DNA of 64,000 bases from a virus (Duplodnaviria; Caudoviricetes): IMG/VR virus record IMGVR_UViG_3300023210_000031, positions 395-64,394 of that record. One strand, written 5' to 3'. This document shows, in pieces, positions 9,542-18,497 of the stretch. The notes beneath the pieces were generated by a model. It made no database searches, was not told the origin of the DNA, and saw nothing but the letters and a program-made list of their open reading frames with translations. The position numbers were made by a program, and so were the translations under genes. Position 1 is the first letter of the stretch. Every line of letters starts with the position of its first letter.

Positions 9542-9645
9542 ATCCATCGCCACAGATCAGAAAAAGTCGTTACTTTATAGTAGCATAGGAGCCTGACCGT
9601 AAGTGCTCGGATCTATTGACTTTCTCTGCTCAGGTGGCGATGGAT
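9542..9645 (-). ncRNA. candidate structured RNA (long stem with three-way junction)
   Basis: 12-bp perfect stem 9542-53/9634-45; 11-bp stem 9558-68/9618-28 with G-U only on minus strand; inner hairpins. Confidence 0.5.
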
Positions 9646-9668
9646 GTGTTTCAACTCGCTATTTCTTT

Positions 9669-10571
9669 TTATGCCGCTGCTTCAAACAAGGTGGGCATAA
9701 TCTCGCCAGCCGGGGCTATCACCACCACATCTGGCGGGAGGACTTCCAAGACCTTCGACAAGGATGCTCTAAATTGTGGATTATGATAATTTTCCTTCTC
9801 GATGCCTCCGGAGCCCTTCATTTGTAGTGCTAGTGGTCCAAGATAAATGGCAGAAGCTCTGCCGTTGTAATAGTTCGGCTCCCATTCGTAGCTACTACAA
9901 ATCTCGTCTATGAGGACATCCACAGGATATCCAACAAGCTTGTCAGCATTAGACTTCCCCGCTAGCGACGATTGGCACCATACCATGAAGTCCACTCCAT
10001 CGGTTGCGGTCACCCCTCTCTTAAAAACTACCTCTAGTATTTCACGCTTAATAGCGATATCGTTGAAATAGCTTAGAAATGCACCGCGAAGGTTTACTGG
10101 AATAGAATCCCACACTGCTCGTTGTCGCCTTTGTTCATGCTCGTAATCAAGAGAATCGTAGTCAACTCCTAGTCTATCACAATCGCTCTGAAACTTTTGA
10201 CTACACTTATCGCCGAAAAACAAATTAAAGAATTCCACCACATCTTCTGGGGTTTCCTTCACTTTGCCCAACTGAGCCAAAAGCTTAAGTTCTTTGATAA
10301 CCTGCATCTGAATCGTCGTGCCATTTGATTTTGGATTCTTGATACTGACACCATATGGCTTTACCCTGTTCGGACTTAATACCTCAATATCACTCTTGCT
10401 TGTTGCCGTCGGTGCGATATTCCCGCGAACAATCTGCTTTGCTTTGGTTGCGATTATGCCACTACAGTCTGCTGCATTGATACATTCTATAATCGCCTCC
10501 TCGAACTCATACCCTTCGGCTCGCCCTTTGGCGCCTGCTTCTTGTTTCTTATTCTTCTTCTTTTTATTCAT
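9669..10571 (-). CDS. putative type II restriction endonuclease, HinP1I/MspI-like PD-(D/E)XK
   Basis: G..FE, KSD...VSIK, LQMKGSG...QFR; overlaps C5 MTase stop. Confidence 0.7.
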   Translation of the reverse strand: MNKKKKNKKQEAGAKGRAEGYEFEEAIIECINAADCSGIIATKAKQIVRGNIAPTATSKSDIEVLSPNRVKPYGVSIKNPKSNGTTIQMQVIKELKLLAQLGKVKETPEDVVEFFNLFFGDKCSQKFQSDCDRLGVDYDSLDYEHEQRRQRAVWDSIPVNLRGAFLSYFNDIAIKREILEVVFKRGVTATDGVDFMVWCQSSLAGKSNADKLVGYPVDVLIDEICSSYEWEPNYYNGRASAIYLGPLALQMKGSGGIEKENYHNPQFRASLSKVLEVLPPDVVVIAPAGEIMPTLFEAAA

Positions 10572-11802
10572 TTACTTTATCCTTTCCCACGGTGGGGATG
10601 TTATTTATAAGTGCCTTCGCCATCATTGGCGGAAAGCACTCTCCTAGAACTTTCCTTAGAAAGCCCTCTCTCCTCTTAGTATGCTCTAAGTGATCTACCC
10701 AGTCTTCGGGCAACCCCACTATAGCACACAATTCTTTTATTGTTAATACCCTTGCATCAGAAAAAGTACCATCGCCGTTATCGTTGCCTGGATGTACATT
10801 GTTTTGACTATTGATAGAGCCATTTGTCATCCCCACAGTTGGAGCTGGTTCGTCCCACTTTATTCTTCTGTATGTGGACTCAAATCCGCTAACTTGTCTT
10901 GTCTCGATGGTAACTTCTTTAAGCTTTACAGTTTTTGTTTTCATCTTCCGATATCTCTTTCTCTTATCCGAACTGAACTCATTCATTCGTTCATCGTCTT
11001 GCAAGAGTTTCGCGAAACCATCGTGTCTAACTTTAGGGTAATAAATCTTGTTGTGATATGCGGTATTGCCGGTTGCCGTATGCCGCATCCAATTAATATG
11101 ATGTTTATTGTGTGTCCAATATTCCATAGAGTGCCACTTGATGTCCGATTTCTCCCCAGATTCAAGAGGTAGAAGGTGCCCAATAGCTTCACGAACAGTA
11201 GCCTTCTTTGTGAGCTTCTTCGGGGGATCCCACACCGGGCACCCTTTTTTAGAGAGCAGTGTGATCAATCGCTGGCGATGGTGGGGAGTGCCATAGTTTG
11301 CCGCATCTAGCACCTCATATCTCATTTCATAATCTGCCGCGAGCTCTCTCTCGATGTATGGCATAATGTTCGTTGGCTTATCGTCATCATCTAAAATAAA
11401 TGTCTTCTTGCTTGCCATGCCACGGACATTCTCAATAAGAGCATAGTCCGGCTGCAAGTCCTTGATCGCACGGACAGCTTGTTTAATCAAGCTGTTTTTT
11501 TCCTGAATCTTAGGATCGTCCTTCTTTGCGCGCAAGGCATGGGATGCACTCATGCCCTGGCACGGTGGAGTTGCTAGAATGAAATCAACACCGGCAGCTT
11601 TACTTTTAGAAATAATTTCGCTAAAAATATCTGACTTGGTAATGTCGCCGGCAATCATTTCTGTCTCGGGGTGCATCTTAGAGTAGAACTCTGCCCGATC
11701 TTCGAGCTTCTCATTGGCAACGACTACTTCTATACCACACTGGTCAAAATATGTTTCTCCGATGCCGACATTGGCAAACAAAGATAGGCATTTAAAATTC
11801 AC
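10564..11802 (-). CDS. dcm: C5-cytosine DNA methyltransferase
   Basis: SLFANVG, ATPPCQG, IENV, P..R.R, RVLT..EL, GECFPP; GTG start after GGAGGA RBS. Confidence 0.92.
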   Translation of the reverse strand: MNFKCLSLFANVGIGETYFDQCGIEVVVANEKLEDRAEFYSKMHPETEMIAGDITKSDIFSEIISKSKAAGVDFILATPPCQGMSASHALRAKKDDPKIQEKNSLIKQAVRAIKDLQPDYALIENVRGMASKKTFILDDDDKPTNIMPYIERELAADYEMRYEVLDAANYGTPHHRQRLITLLSKKGCPVWDPPKKLTKKATVREAIGHLLPLESGEKSDIKWHSMEYWTHNKHHINWMRHTATGNTAYHNKIYYPKVRHDGFAKLLQDDERMNEFSSDKRKRYRKMKTKTVKLKEVTIETRQVSGFESTYRRIKWDEPAPTVGMTNGSINSQNNVHPGNDNGDGTFSDARVLTIKELCAIVGLPEDWVDHLEHTKRREGFLRKVLGECFPPMMAKALINNIPTVGKDKVNE

Positions 11803-11833
11803 AATTCCTCCAATGACTATTTGCTGTGCGATC

Positions 11834-11862
11834 ATTATAGCAGATCACATTTGGCTTGTCAA
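11834..11862 (-). promoter_or_regulatory. consensus sigma70 promoter of C5 MTase-REase operon, GATC at 11843
   Basis: TTGACA-N17-TATAAT. Confidence 0.85.
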
Positions 11863-11876
11863 GCAGTATTTTCGTT

Positions 11877-12773
11877 TTATTTGGATGGTTGTTTGAGGTA
11901 TGTCTTCCGAGCCGCTGCTCGAAGTCTATCTAGGTATTTCGACTCTTCTTCTGGAAAGTCTATCTCGTTACGGAAATCGATGAATTTCAGCATCGTATCC
12001 ATCAGCGGGTAGCGCTCTCCCATCTCCTCTGAGAGGAGTTCCATAGTCTTGGCTTGCTTCTTACGGGCGAGGAGGAAGACTTCTCTGGGAGGGATGTCAA
12101 GAGCTCTGAAGTCGTCTTTTAGCTCCTTTAGCATCTCGAACTGCTTCATGTACCTAAAGAATTGCCATACGAGCAGATCTGCCTTGGCTATTGGTCCCAT
12201 TTCAGACATCATCTTGGGAAGGTATAGTGTTCCGAGTGCCACATGTCTTGCCTCGTCCTTTTCATACATCAGAAGCAGGTCCGATAGCACAGGCTCGATG
12301 TTTCTCTCCCTCACTACCTTGAACAGAGTAAGAGCCATCGGCTCAACCATCATTTGCATACCTAGTATCATTTTGGGTGTCGTGTCTGCTTCCATTATCG
12401 ACTGGAGAAAGTCTTGGGAGTGACTCTTCATTCCTTGGACATCGGCTGTCTCTATTCCTAGGAAACGGAGGTAGTCTCTCATCACATAAAAGTGTCTGGC
12501 TTCGTCGTGTGCCTGTGATGTCGCTGCCATCCTGGCTGGCTCGTCTTCGAACCGGGCTGCCAAGATGGAAGATATCTTCCAGGCTGCCAGTTCGCCCCAC
12601 AAGATGGTGCTAAAAATGTTTCCAAGGGCATTCTTTTTCTCTGGGGTAAGGCTTATTCCGCTGTTCTTTTCGATACATGCCTGGAGATATTCTCTACCAT
12701 CCCAGATGTTTTTCTGCCCCTTGTGGTAAAGTTGCTCTATTCTATTGCTATTTCTGTATTCTTCGATAGACAT
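11877..12773 (-). CDS. ferritin-like di-iron carboxylate protein (AurF-like)
   Basis: GE..A, DEARH, VE..A, DEARH duplicated ExxH motifs. Confidence 0.8.
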   Translation of the reverse strand: MSIEEYRNSNRIEQLYHKGQKNIWDGREYLQACIEKNSGISLTPEKKNALGNIFSTILWGELAAWKISSILAARFEDEPARMAATSQAHDEARHFYVMRDYLRFLGIETADVQGMKSHSQDFLQSIMEADTTPKMILGMQMMVEPMALTLFKVVRERNIEPVLSDLLLMYEKDEARHVALGTLYLPKMMSEMGPIAKADLLVWQFFRYMKQFEMLKELKDDFRALDIPPREVFLLARKKQAKTMELLSEEMGERYPLMDTMLKFIDFRNEIDFPEEESKYLDRLRAAARKTYLKQPSK

Positions 12774-12788
12774 AGGAGCGACCCCTTT

Positions 12789-13382
12789 CTATTCCTGTGA
12801 GGTGGCGACAACATCGAGATGACCTGTAGCAATATCGCCTTCAGTCGTTGTGGTAAAATTGATTCGAACTGCTGGTGGTTCGTCGTTGGGCACCACGAGT
12901 TGCTCTACTTCGATACCGACTGTGTTCACTATGTCGTCATACGACCATTCATGGGGGAATGCTCCCGAGCAAACAATAGCCTCTACATGTAAATCATCTT
13001 TATATCTCTCGGCAGAAGAAGGCACGAATCGATGGACATGTCCTGGTGCCACATCTGGGTGGGTGATGCCTCCATAGAAAGTAAAGGCGACCATGGCGGA
13101 TCCGTGGATACTAGCCATCAATACCTCGACATAAGTATGGTCTCCTTCGTCGAAGCCAGAGACAGAGCTGGGGTCTGACTCAATGTCCTCTACCTGCCCC
13201 ACCACACCGTGGAGACTGCTGCCCACAATATCAACAAAAGTATCGCTGGAGTTGGAAAGGAAGCCATAGTAGTCGCCTCCGCTTGCTACCATAGATTGCT
13301 CTGATACTACATCGTATTGCCTCTCTAGCATACATCCGGAGAGGAATGATAGTGATACGATCAGTGTAAGTAAGTTCTTCAT
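12789..13382 (-). CDS. acidic lipoprotein
   Basis: Signal peptide with LSGC lipobox. Confidence 0.7.
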   Translation of the reverse strand: MKNLLTLIVSLSFLSGCMLERQYDVVSEQSMVASGGDYYGFLSNSSDTFVDIVGSSLHGVVGQVEDIESDPSSVSGFDEGDHTYVEVLMASIHGSAMVAFTFYGGITHPDVAPGHVHRFVPSSAERYKDDLHVEAIVCSGAFPHEWSYDDIVNTVGIEVEQLVVPNDEPPAVRINFTTTTEGDIATGHLDVVATSQE

Positions 13383-13570
13383 TTGTTGTTCCCTTTGTTC
13401 TTTTTCCGATCCTGCTTCTGGATCTTCTTTTCTAGCTTAGATGTTTTCTCTTCTAGACTCTCTAGTCTTAGTTGGGTGGTGTAATAGAAGCCGCCAAAGT
13501 GAGCGACAGAGCCGCCGACTAGGGCTATCAAACCTAGGATGGTTGCTAGTGTTTTTAGGTCCACCTTCAT
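13379..13570 (-). CDS. TM plus coiled-coil small protein
   Basis: N-terminal TM; late motif at 13582. Confidence 0.55.
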   Translation of the reverse strand: MKVDLKTLATILGLIALVGGSVAHFGGFYYTTQLRLESLEEKTSKLEKKIQKQDRKKNKGNNK

Positions 13571-13580
13571 CTTGCTCCCC

Positions 13581-14780
13581 CTAAATAGTTTTTCTGAGCT
13601 CTTGCTCTAGATGCTTGACTAGTTCAGTGACATTCTCAAGCTTTTTGCTTCTCATATATTTCGTAAAGAATTGAATGAAGGGTCTTCGGCGAGGATCTGT
13701 CCTAGCACTTAGAAAGTCGGTGCCGAACACACTGGCTGCCTCGTTCTTAAACCGAGTGAGCCTTTCCTCAACATCATCGATGTCTTCCTTGGTAACTATC
13801 ACTTGCCCTTCCAGGAACTTCCTTCGTAGCTCTCGCTTTTCGGGCTCATCATACTCTGGTAGCGGGTACTCCTCGAAGTTTGGCTTCTTGGACCACTCGT
13901 ACAAATCTGTTTTGACCTCCAGCATGTCCTCTCTCGTCGGGAACCATCTCTCAGATGAAGATGAATTAAAATTGCCGGCTTGAAGCATCTTGGTCAGCTC
14001 CATCAGTGGAGGAAGAAGAGAGTAGGATGTCGCATTCCTTAGCCTTACGTGGAAGGCATCTCGCTCCTTCCCACGATGTGTTCTTTCCTCTGGGTCTATG
14101 TCTAACTCTTTTCTCATTTTATCGAATTCGTCGTAAGATACTGCTGAGGGCTGGTTGTTCATATAGAACTCACTTTCTTTTTCTTCTGTCGGTATTATCT
14201 TTAGAGGGATCCCGTGGGATTGAGCAAAATCGCTTACCTCTTCTAGAGCTTTGATATCGGCAAATCCAATATCTCGGTTGGGAATGTATTCATATTTTGT
14301 CGGCTTGTCCGATGCAATTGATCCTAGGATACTGTCTGAATCAGTTGCCTTTCCTTTGAGGATCGGAAGGTAGACGACTATCTCTGTAATGTAATCAGCA
14401 GCATTCTCTATCCAAGGATCGTCTGTTATGATCCTATCTTCCATCTCTGACTTGCCGCCTTTAGTTCGATCCCGCCAGTAATCTACTGGTCCGCCCGAAT
14501 ACTTCTGTCCGATCTTCTTGCCGTCTAGAGTGATACGAGTTTTGCCGTCCTTGACCAAAGGATATCCATGCTTGAAGGCTGATGGGGACCGTGCCGTAGA
14601 GAGAAAGTAGAACTTTCCCTTGCCGATGATCTCTTCAGCATCAGCACCGAAGACACCAGATGTCATAAGTCGGTTGCCTTTGGCGATATCCGATAGTCTA
14701 CCTAGGCTGGTGCCGTGATAGACGATATTGCTTATTCCTTCTTCCAGGTGGCTTCGCCAGTTCTCAAACAATAGCTTCAT
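13581..14780 (-). CDS. putative ADP-ribosyltransferase-fold protein with N-terminal leader
   Basis: VYHGT, FLSTARS, EMEDR; leader MKLLFENWRSHLEE. Confidence 0.6.
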   Translation of the reverse strand: MKLLFENWRSHLEEGISNIVYHGTSLGRLSDIAKGNRLMTSGVFGADAEEIIGKGKFYFLSTARSPSAFKHGYPLVKDGKTRITLDGKKIGQKYSGGPVDYWRDRTKGGKSEMEDRIITDDPWIENAADYITEIVVYLPILKGKATDSDSILGSIASDKPTKYEYIPNRDIGFADIKALEEVSDFAQSHGIPLKIIPTEEKESEFYMNNQPSAVSYDEFDKMRKELDIDPEERTHRGKERDAFHVRLRNATSYSLLPPLMELTKMLQAGNFNSSSSERWFPTREDMLEVKTDLYEWSKKPNFEEYPLPEYDEPEKRELRRKFLEGQVIVTKEDIDDVEERLTRFKNEAASVFGTDFLSARTDPRRRPFIQFFTKYMRSKKLENVTELVKHLEQELRKTI

Positions 14781-14785
14781 AGCTC

Positions 14786-15109
14786 TTACTCGCTAGCAGG
14801 CTTCTTCCTGCCTGGCTTCGTTGGTTCCAAGGGAGATGCTCCAGCCACACCATCAAGGTGCTTCTTTATCATGTCCATGACGGATGGATCCTGGAGCACA
14901 TACTGGACGGCTTGGCGGATACGATCATCTTCATTGCTGGGGGCAGTTTTGCCGGAGTTCTTGAAGTCGGGAGAGCCTTTAAGCGGTGGTCCTACCCTGG
15001 GCTCTTCCTCTGATTCTATAGACGAGAAGTAAGCCTTCACTTCCTCGGGAGACATTTTCTGTAACTGCTGCTTTGATAGAGAGCCGTTACCTTCAATTAT
15101 TATTCTCAT
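14786..15109 (-). CDS. hypothetical late protein
   Basis: ATG 6 nt after ACTATTTA motif. Confidence 0.55.
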   Translation of the reverse strand: MRIIIEGNGSLSKQQLQKMSPEEVKAYFSSIESEEEPRVGPPLKGSPDFKNSGKTAPSNEDDRIRQAVQYVLQDPSVMDMIKKHLDGVAGASPLEPTKPGRKKPASE

Positions 15110-15232
15110 AATATATAAATAGTCTTTCAAGCAGCAAAACCCCGATTTATATCTACCACAAATAGTAGGCAACACAGCCTGCTAGAATCAGATAGCCTAC
15201 AAAGAAAACGATTCCGAATGTTTCTACTACCA

Positions 15233-15508
15233 TCAGTCCAGCTCTTCTAGGTCAATGACAAGCTTGCCCGCCTCGTCCGTAGCTGGCTGCCTAATAGACA
15301 TAAAGCCCATGTAGTCTACCACATTATTCACAACATCCCTCATAGCACTGCTGTTGCCCGTAATGACTTCCACAGGCATCCTTTTTTTGTCCATGCTCTT
15401 ATAGAGGAAGGCGGATAGCACTTCCGGAACATCAGCATGGCTAACCTTGTGGAGGTCTAAGATTCTTCCCTTATATTTCTTTAGTTTACTTTTCTTTATC
15501 GGTTTCAT
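15233..15508 (-). CDS. Smr-domain protein
   Basis: LDLH...VITGNS. Confidence 0.7.
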   Translation of the reverse strand: MKPIKKSKLKKYKGRILDLHKVSHADVPEVLSAFLYKSMDKKRMPVEVITGNSSAMRDVVNNVVDYMGFMSIRQPATDEAGKLVIDLEELD

Positions 15509-15514
15509 ATTATC

Positions 15515-16159
15515 TCACTTTCTAAAAGTCTTTACTTCTTTCTCTCTGAACTTCGTGAATCGTCGGCTTTCGAAAAACCGATTTCCGTATTTCACCTCTC
15601 CCGTTATGGAATACCCGGCATACCACCTTCCCCCTTTACAAGGGTCAACCTCGTCCATCACTTTGGTGACCACGAATTGCAACCCCCTTAGATTCCAGCG
15701 AGAGCCGCTACCTTGTCGAGACTCAACCAAGTCGCCCAGACTAAACTTGGGCTCAGCATCAGAAGCTTCCAGCCATCGAACAAAATACTTATTCTGGGTC
15801 ATTCTATCGAAGTCTCGGCGAGTTGGGATGTGCCCATCTCGGTCTTTACAGTAGGCAATTCGTTGCCTGTAATAGTAAAGTGAGTTGGTACTATCAAAAT
15901 AGCCGACTGCCTTTTCAAACAATTCCCTCTTTTGTTCCGATGCTAAATATTCATCTTCCCAGTTGTCATCTGGAAGAATGTAGTCCCTCTCCCACATCTC
16001 AACCATGGCAGTCTGCTTGGTGCTCAATTCACCCTTCTGGGAATGTTGCCTTAGCAGTGACTTGGCTATGCCGATGCTATTCCAGTTCCCTTGGCGCTCA
16101 AATACGGTCAGACATTCTTTGATTCTCTCTGGAATGGTATCGTCCTTTATTCGAACCAT
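15515..16159 (-). CDS. hypothetical protein with C-terminal SH3-like domain
   Basis: LS.KQ motif; PKFSLGDLV. Confidence 0.6.
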   Translation of the reverse strand: MVRIKDDTIPERIKECLTVFERQGNWNSIGIAKSLLRQHSQKGELSTKQTAMVEMWERDYILPDDNWEDEYLASEQKRELFEKAVGYFDSTNSLYYYRQRIAYCKDRDGHIPTRRDFDRMTQNKYFVRWLEASDAEPKFSLGDLVESRQGSGSRWNLRGLQFVVTKVMDEVDPCKGGRWYAGYSITGEVKYGNRFFESRRFTKFREKEVKTFRK

Positions 16160-16458
16160 GTTTCGATCTTCCTGCTTCTCTCGGGAGTAAGTAGCTCTGC
16201 TTTCTTGACAGAGGCAGTACACTTATACTTTCGAGGCTGAAGGTACCACTCGTCTGGTCCTTCTTCAACAAATGGACCTATGATCATTCCGTTAGCCCAC
16301 ATTCGAAGCTCTACAAGATCAAAAGGGCAGTGGGTGCTGTTGTACAGTGCCACAATGTTCTGAAGCTGCCGCTTTCCTCGCTCCCACACACTATGATCAT
16401 CACTATAGTTATAATACCAGTCGTGTCCTTTTAGCTTTTTTTTGAAGTCCTGCTTCAT
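16147..16458 (-). CDS. hypothetical phage protein
   Basis: HDWYY.YSDD.SVW.RG motif. Confidence 0.6.
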   Translation of the reverse strand: MKQDFKKKLKGHDWYYNYSDDHSVWERGKRQLQNIVALYNSTHCPFDLVELRMWANGMIIGPFVEEGPDEWYLQPRKYKCTASVKKAELLTPERSRKIETWFE

Positions 16459-16697
16459 TATCGTATCCCTTCTTTTCTCGCGAGATATAATCCCGCTAAG
16501 GTTGTTGTTGCTCCGCCACATACAGGAAGCACTAGCCAGTTCCACCAGACCACATCAATTCCCAGGATGCCCGAGAGGTGGAGTCCCTTTATCCCTATCA
16601 ACAAAATGAGAATGAAGAGAGACCAAAAGAAGAAGTCCAGAATAACTAATGCCTTAAGCTTGCCGCTCATATATTTCAACTTCTTACTCATTTTCAT
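16458..16697 (-). CDS. membrane protein
   Basis: Two TM segments. Confidence 0.55.
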   Translation of the reverse strand: MKMSKKLKYMSGKLKALVILDFFFWSLFILILLIGIKGLHLSGILGIDVVWWNWLVLPVCGGATTTLAGLYLARKEGIR

Positions 16698-16933
16698 TTC
16701 TCCTCTGTTTGATATAATCGTGACCATTCTTCACAAAGATCAATTGTTGCCATTTGACCATATGCTTGTGCCATCAATACCCACAAAATCTTCTTTACTT
16801 CGTCGGTCTCAATGGTGTCTGAGCCTTCGTTCATAACAATTTCGCTAATACCATTAGCGAATGGGATAGGGTTTATTGGAAATGATGTATCGAACATGGC
16901 TTTAGTAATCTTTTTTCTTGTTTCGTTAGTCAT
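16694..16933 (-). CDS. hypothetical protein
   Basis: ORF in operon. Confidence 0.5.
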   Translation of the reverse strand: MTNETRKKITKAMFDTSFPINPIPFANGISEIVMNEGSDTIETDEVKKILWVLMAQAYGQMATIDLCEEWSRLYQTEEK

Positions 16934-16937
16934 GTCT

Positions 16938-17222
16938 CTATCCGTTCGCCAAAATGTTTTCTAGTTCTTCCTGATCGACATCGAACCTTTCCCAGTTGGA
17001 AGGCAGATCTTTCACATAAGAGTTGATGTGTCCGGAGGTGGTTCGAGTTCGGATTTGCTTGCCTTTCTCGTTTGCTCCGTTAGTGATGAACACCACCGGC
17101 TTTTGCCCAGCGACATAGTTAGTATGAACCACTACTGGGGTTTCGTATGAAAACAGGATAGTATGCTTGCTTGTCTTGATCTCAGTTTGGTTTGACCCGA
17201 GTGTTGTAAGTTTGAGTGACAT
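16938..17222 (-). CDS. hypothetical early phage protein
   Basis: LFSYETPV...TTS.HIN motif; follows promoter. Confidence 0.6.
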   Translation of the reverse strand: MSLKLTTLGSNQTEIKTSKHTILFSYETPVVVHTNYVAGQKPVVFITNGANEKGKQIRTRTTSGHINSYVKDLPSNWERFDVDQEELENILANG

Positions 17223-17256
17223 AGTGGTGATCCCTTTCGCTTGATGTTGTAGGATC

Positions 17257-17285
17257 ATCGTAACACAGAGAGATCACTCTGTCAA
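17257..17285 (-). promoter_or_regulatory. sigma70-type promoter TTGACA-N17-TACGAT, GATC at 17272
   Basis: Read directly. Confidence 0.75.
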
Positions 17286-17367
17286 GAACATAATAACAGT
17301 TTTTTTTACACAGACATATCGGGCACTTACAAGAGCCAGATCTCGTCCCAAAAAAAGTATAACCTTT

Positions 17368-17571
17368 TCAGCTACTTATGTTTTCATCAGCAATATCAGG
17401 CACTTCGGCTGTTTTTTCAAGCCATGGTGATGAAATGATCTCTATGTTCTGCTCTTCGAGCCAATAAACTTCTACGATCTCCGAATACATTCCATCAAAA
17501 CTATCTAGCACAATGCCCACCTTTACCCATGGTGTTCTTGGGTAGGCTGTTAGCCGACAGTATTGAACCAA
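17368..17571 (-). CDS. small SH3-like protein
   Basis: VGIVL...VEVYW; start uncertain. Confidence 0.5.
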   Translation of the reverse strand: MVQYCRLTAYPRTPWVKVGIVLDSFDGMYSEIVEVYWLEEQNIEIISSPWLEKTAEVPDIADENISS

Positions 17572-17581
17572 GTCGCCTCGC

Positions 17582-17812
17582 TTATAGGTTATTTTTTTTT
17601 CGAGTATCAGGAGATACTTCTTGGAGGAAATTTTTCATAGAATCTACATCCGTTCCGAGAGGAGGCTTGAAGAACGGAAAAATAGCATGAATCAACTGAG
17701 TCGTCGAAACAAGAAAGCTTCTCCACGATATTCTTGAAGCCACTCGAAAGTGCTGCCAGTAAGTTTCGCCAACTTCGTTTGGGTGCTTTGTAAATAACTT
17801 CCTCAACATCAT
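17582..17812 (-). CDS. DUF6356-like small protein
   Basis: FT.HP..VGETYWQH...IHAIFPF. Confidence 0.7.
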   Translation of the reverse strand: MMLRKLFTKHPNEVGETYWQHFRVASRISWRSFLVSTTQLIHAIFPFFKPPLGTDVDSMKNFLQEVSPDTRKKNNL

Positions 17813-18000
17813 TCTCCTCCCTTTTCAGATTCTGGGTGGATATAAATCACCTCTTCTTTCCTAAAAGCTTCTTGCCACCATGCACCCTTCACAATGATCT
17901 CTTCACCTTGCAAGTCAATGATCATTCCTACACTTGGAATCTTCTGGAGGGTTACTTGAACCATATCGCCAACTGCCGGGTGCCAATCGTCACTAGTCAT
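17809..18000 (-). CDS. small SH3-like protein
   Basis: PAVGDMV...VGMII. Confidence 0.55.
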   Translation of the reverse strand: MTSDDWHPAVGDMVQVTLQKIPSVGMIIDLQGEEIIVKGAWWQEAFRKEEVIYIHPESEKGGE

Positions 18001-18295
18001 AGTTCCTGAGTCTCTCTCGGATGGCATTCGATAGCCTCGTAAGATTGAAAAACACTGCTGCACCATTTATCGAGAGCAATAGCCCTAGAAAAAGGACATT
18101 TGTCACTGTAGCGACATCATGGCTGACTATCATAGCCACCCCCTCAAGACAAATGAACAAGCAAAAAAGACTCACAGCAAGAAGAAGGACTGATATCCCC
18201 ACCTCACATCTCTTTTTCATACCGATCATTTTTTCAAAAATTTTCATCTGATTTCCTCCCATTTGATGCTCGCCAGCTTTCGTGATACCTGGCAT
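17993..18295 (-). CDS. membrane protein
   Basis: Two TM segments. Confidence 0.5.
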   Translation of the reverse strand: MPGITKAGEHQMGGNQMKIFEKMIGMKKRCEVGISVLLLAVSLFCLFICLEGVAMIVSHDVATVTNVLFLGLLLSINGAAVFFNLTRLSNAIRERLRNYD

Positions 18296-18494
18296 CGTAA
18301 TAGATCATACTTGATGGCTCTCTCTTTCGAGGTGTCATGTACGACTCAACCCATTCTCTCAAATCATACAGTTCTTCTCGCTGCCCAATAAGTTCTGGGT
18401 CTCTGTCGAATCGTAGTTTCCTATCGATAGCCTCAATAGAACTGCCAAGCTCTTGTAAAATTAGTTCAGAGTTACATGTGTAAAGGTTATACAT
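18234..18494 (-). CDS. hypothetical protein
   Basis: ORF in operon. Confidence 0.5.
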   Translation of the reverse strand: MYNLYTCNSELILQELGSSIEAIDRKLRFDRDPELIGQREELYDLREWVESYMTPRKREPSSMIYYDARYHESWRASNGRKSDENF

Positions 18495-18497
18495 TTT

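Noticed and set aside
9560-9610. SRP RNA (GGTCAGG) identity for the hairpin
   Set aside because: Lacks the GNRA tetraloop and AGCAG of SRP helix 8
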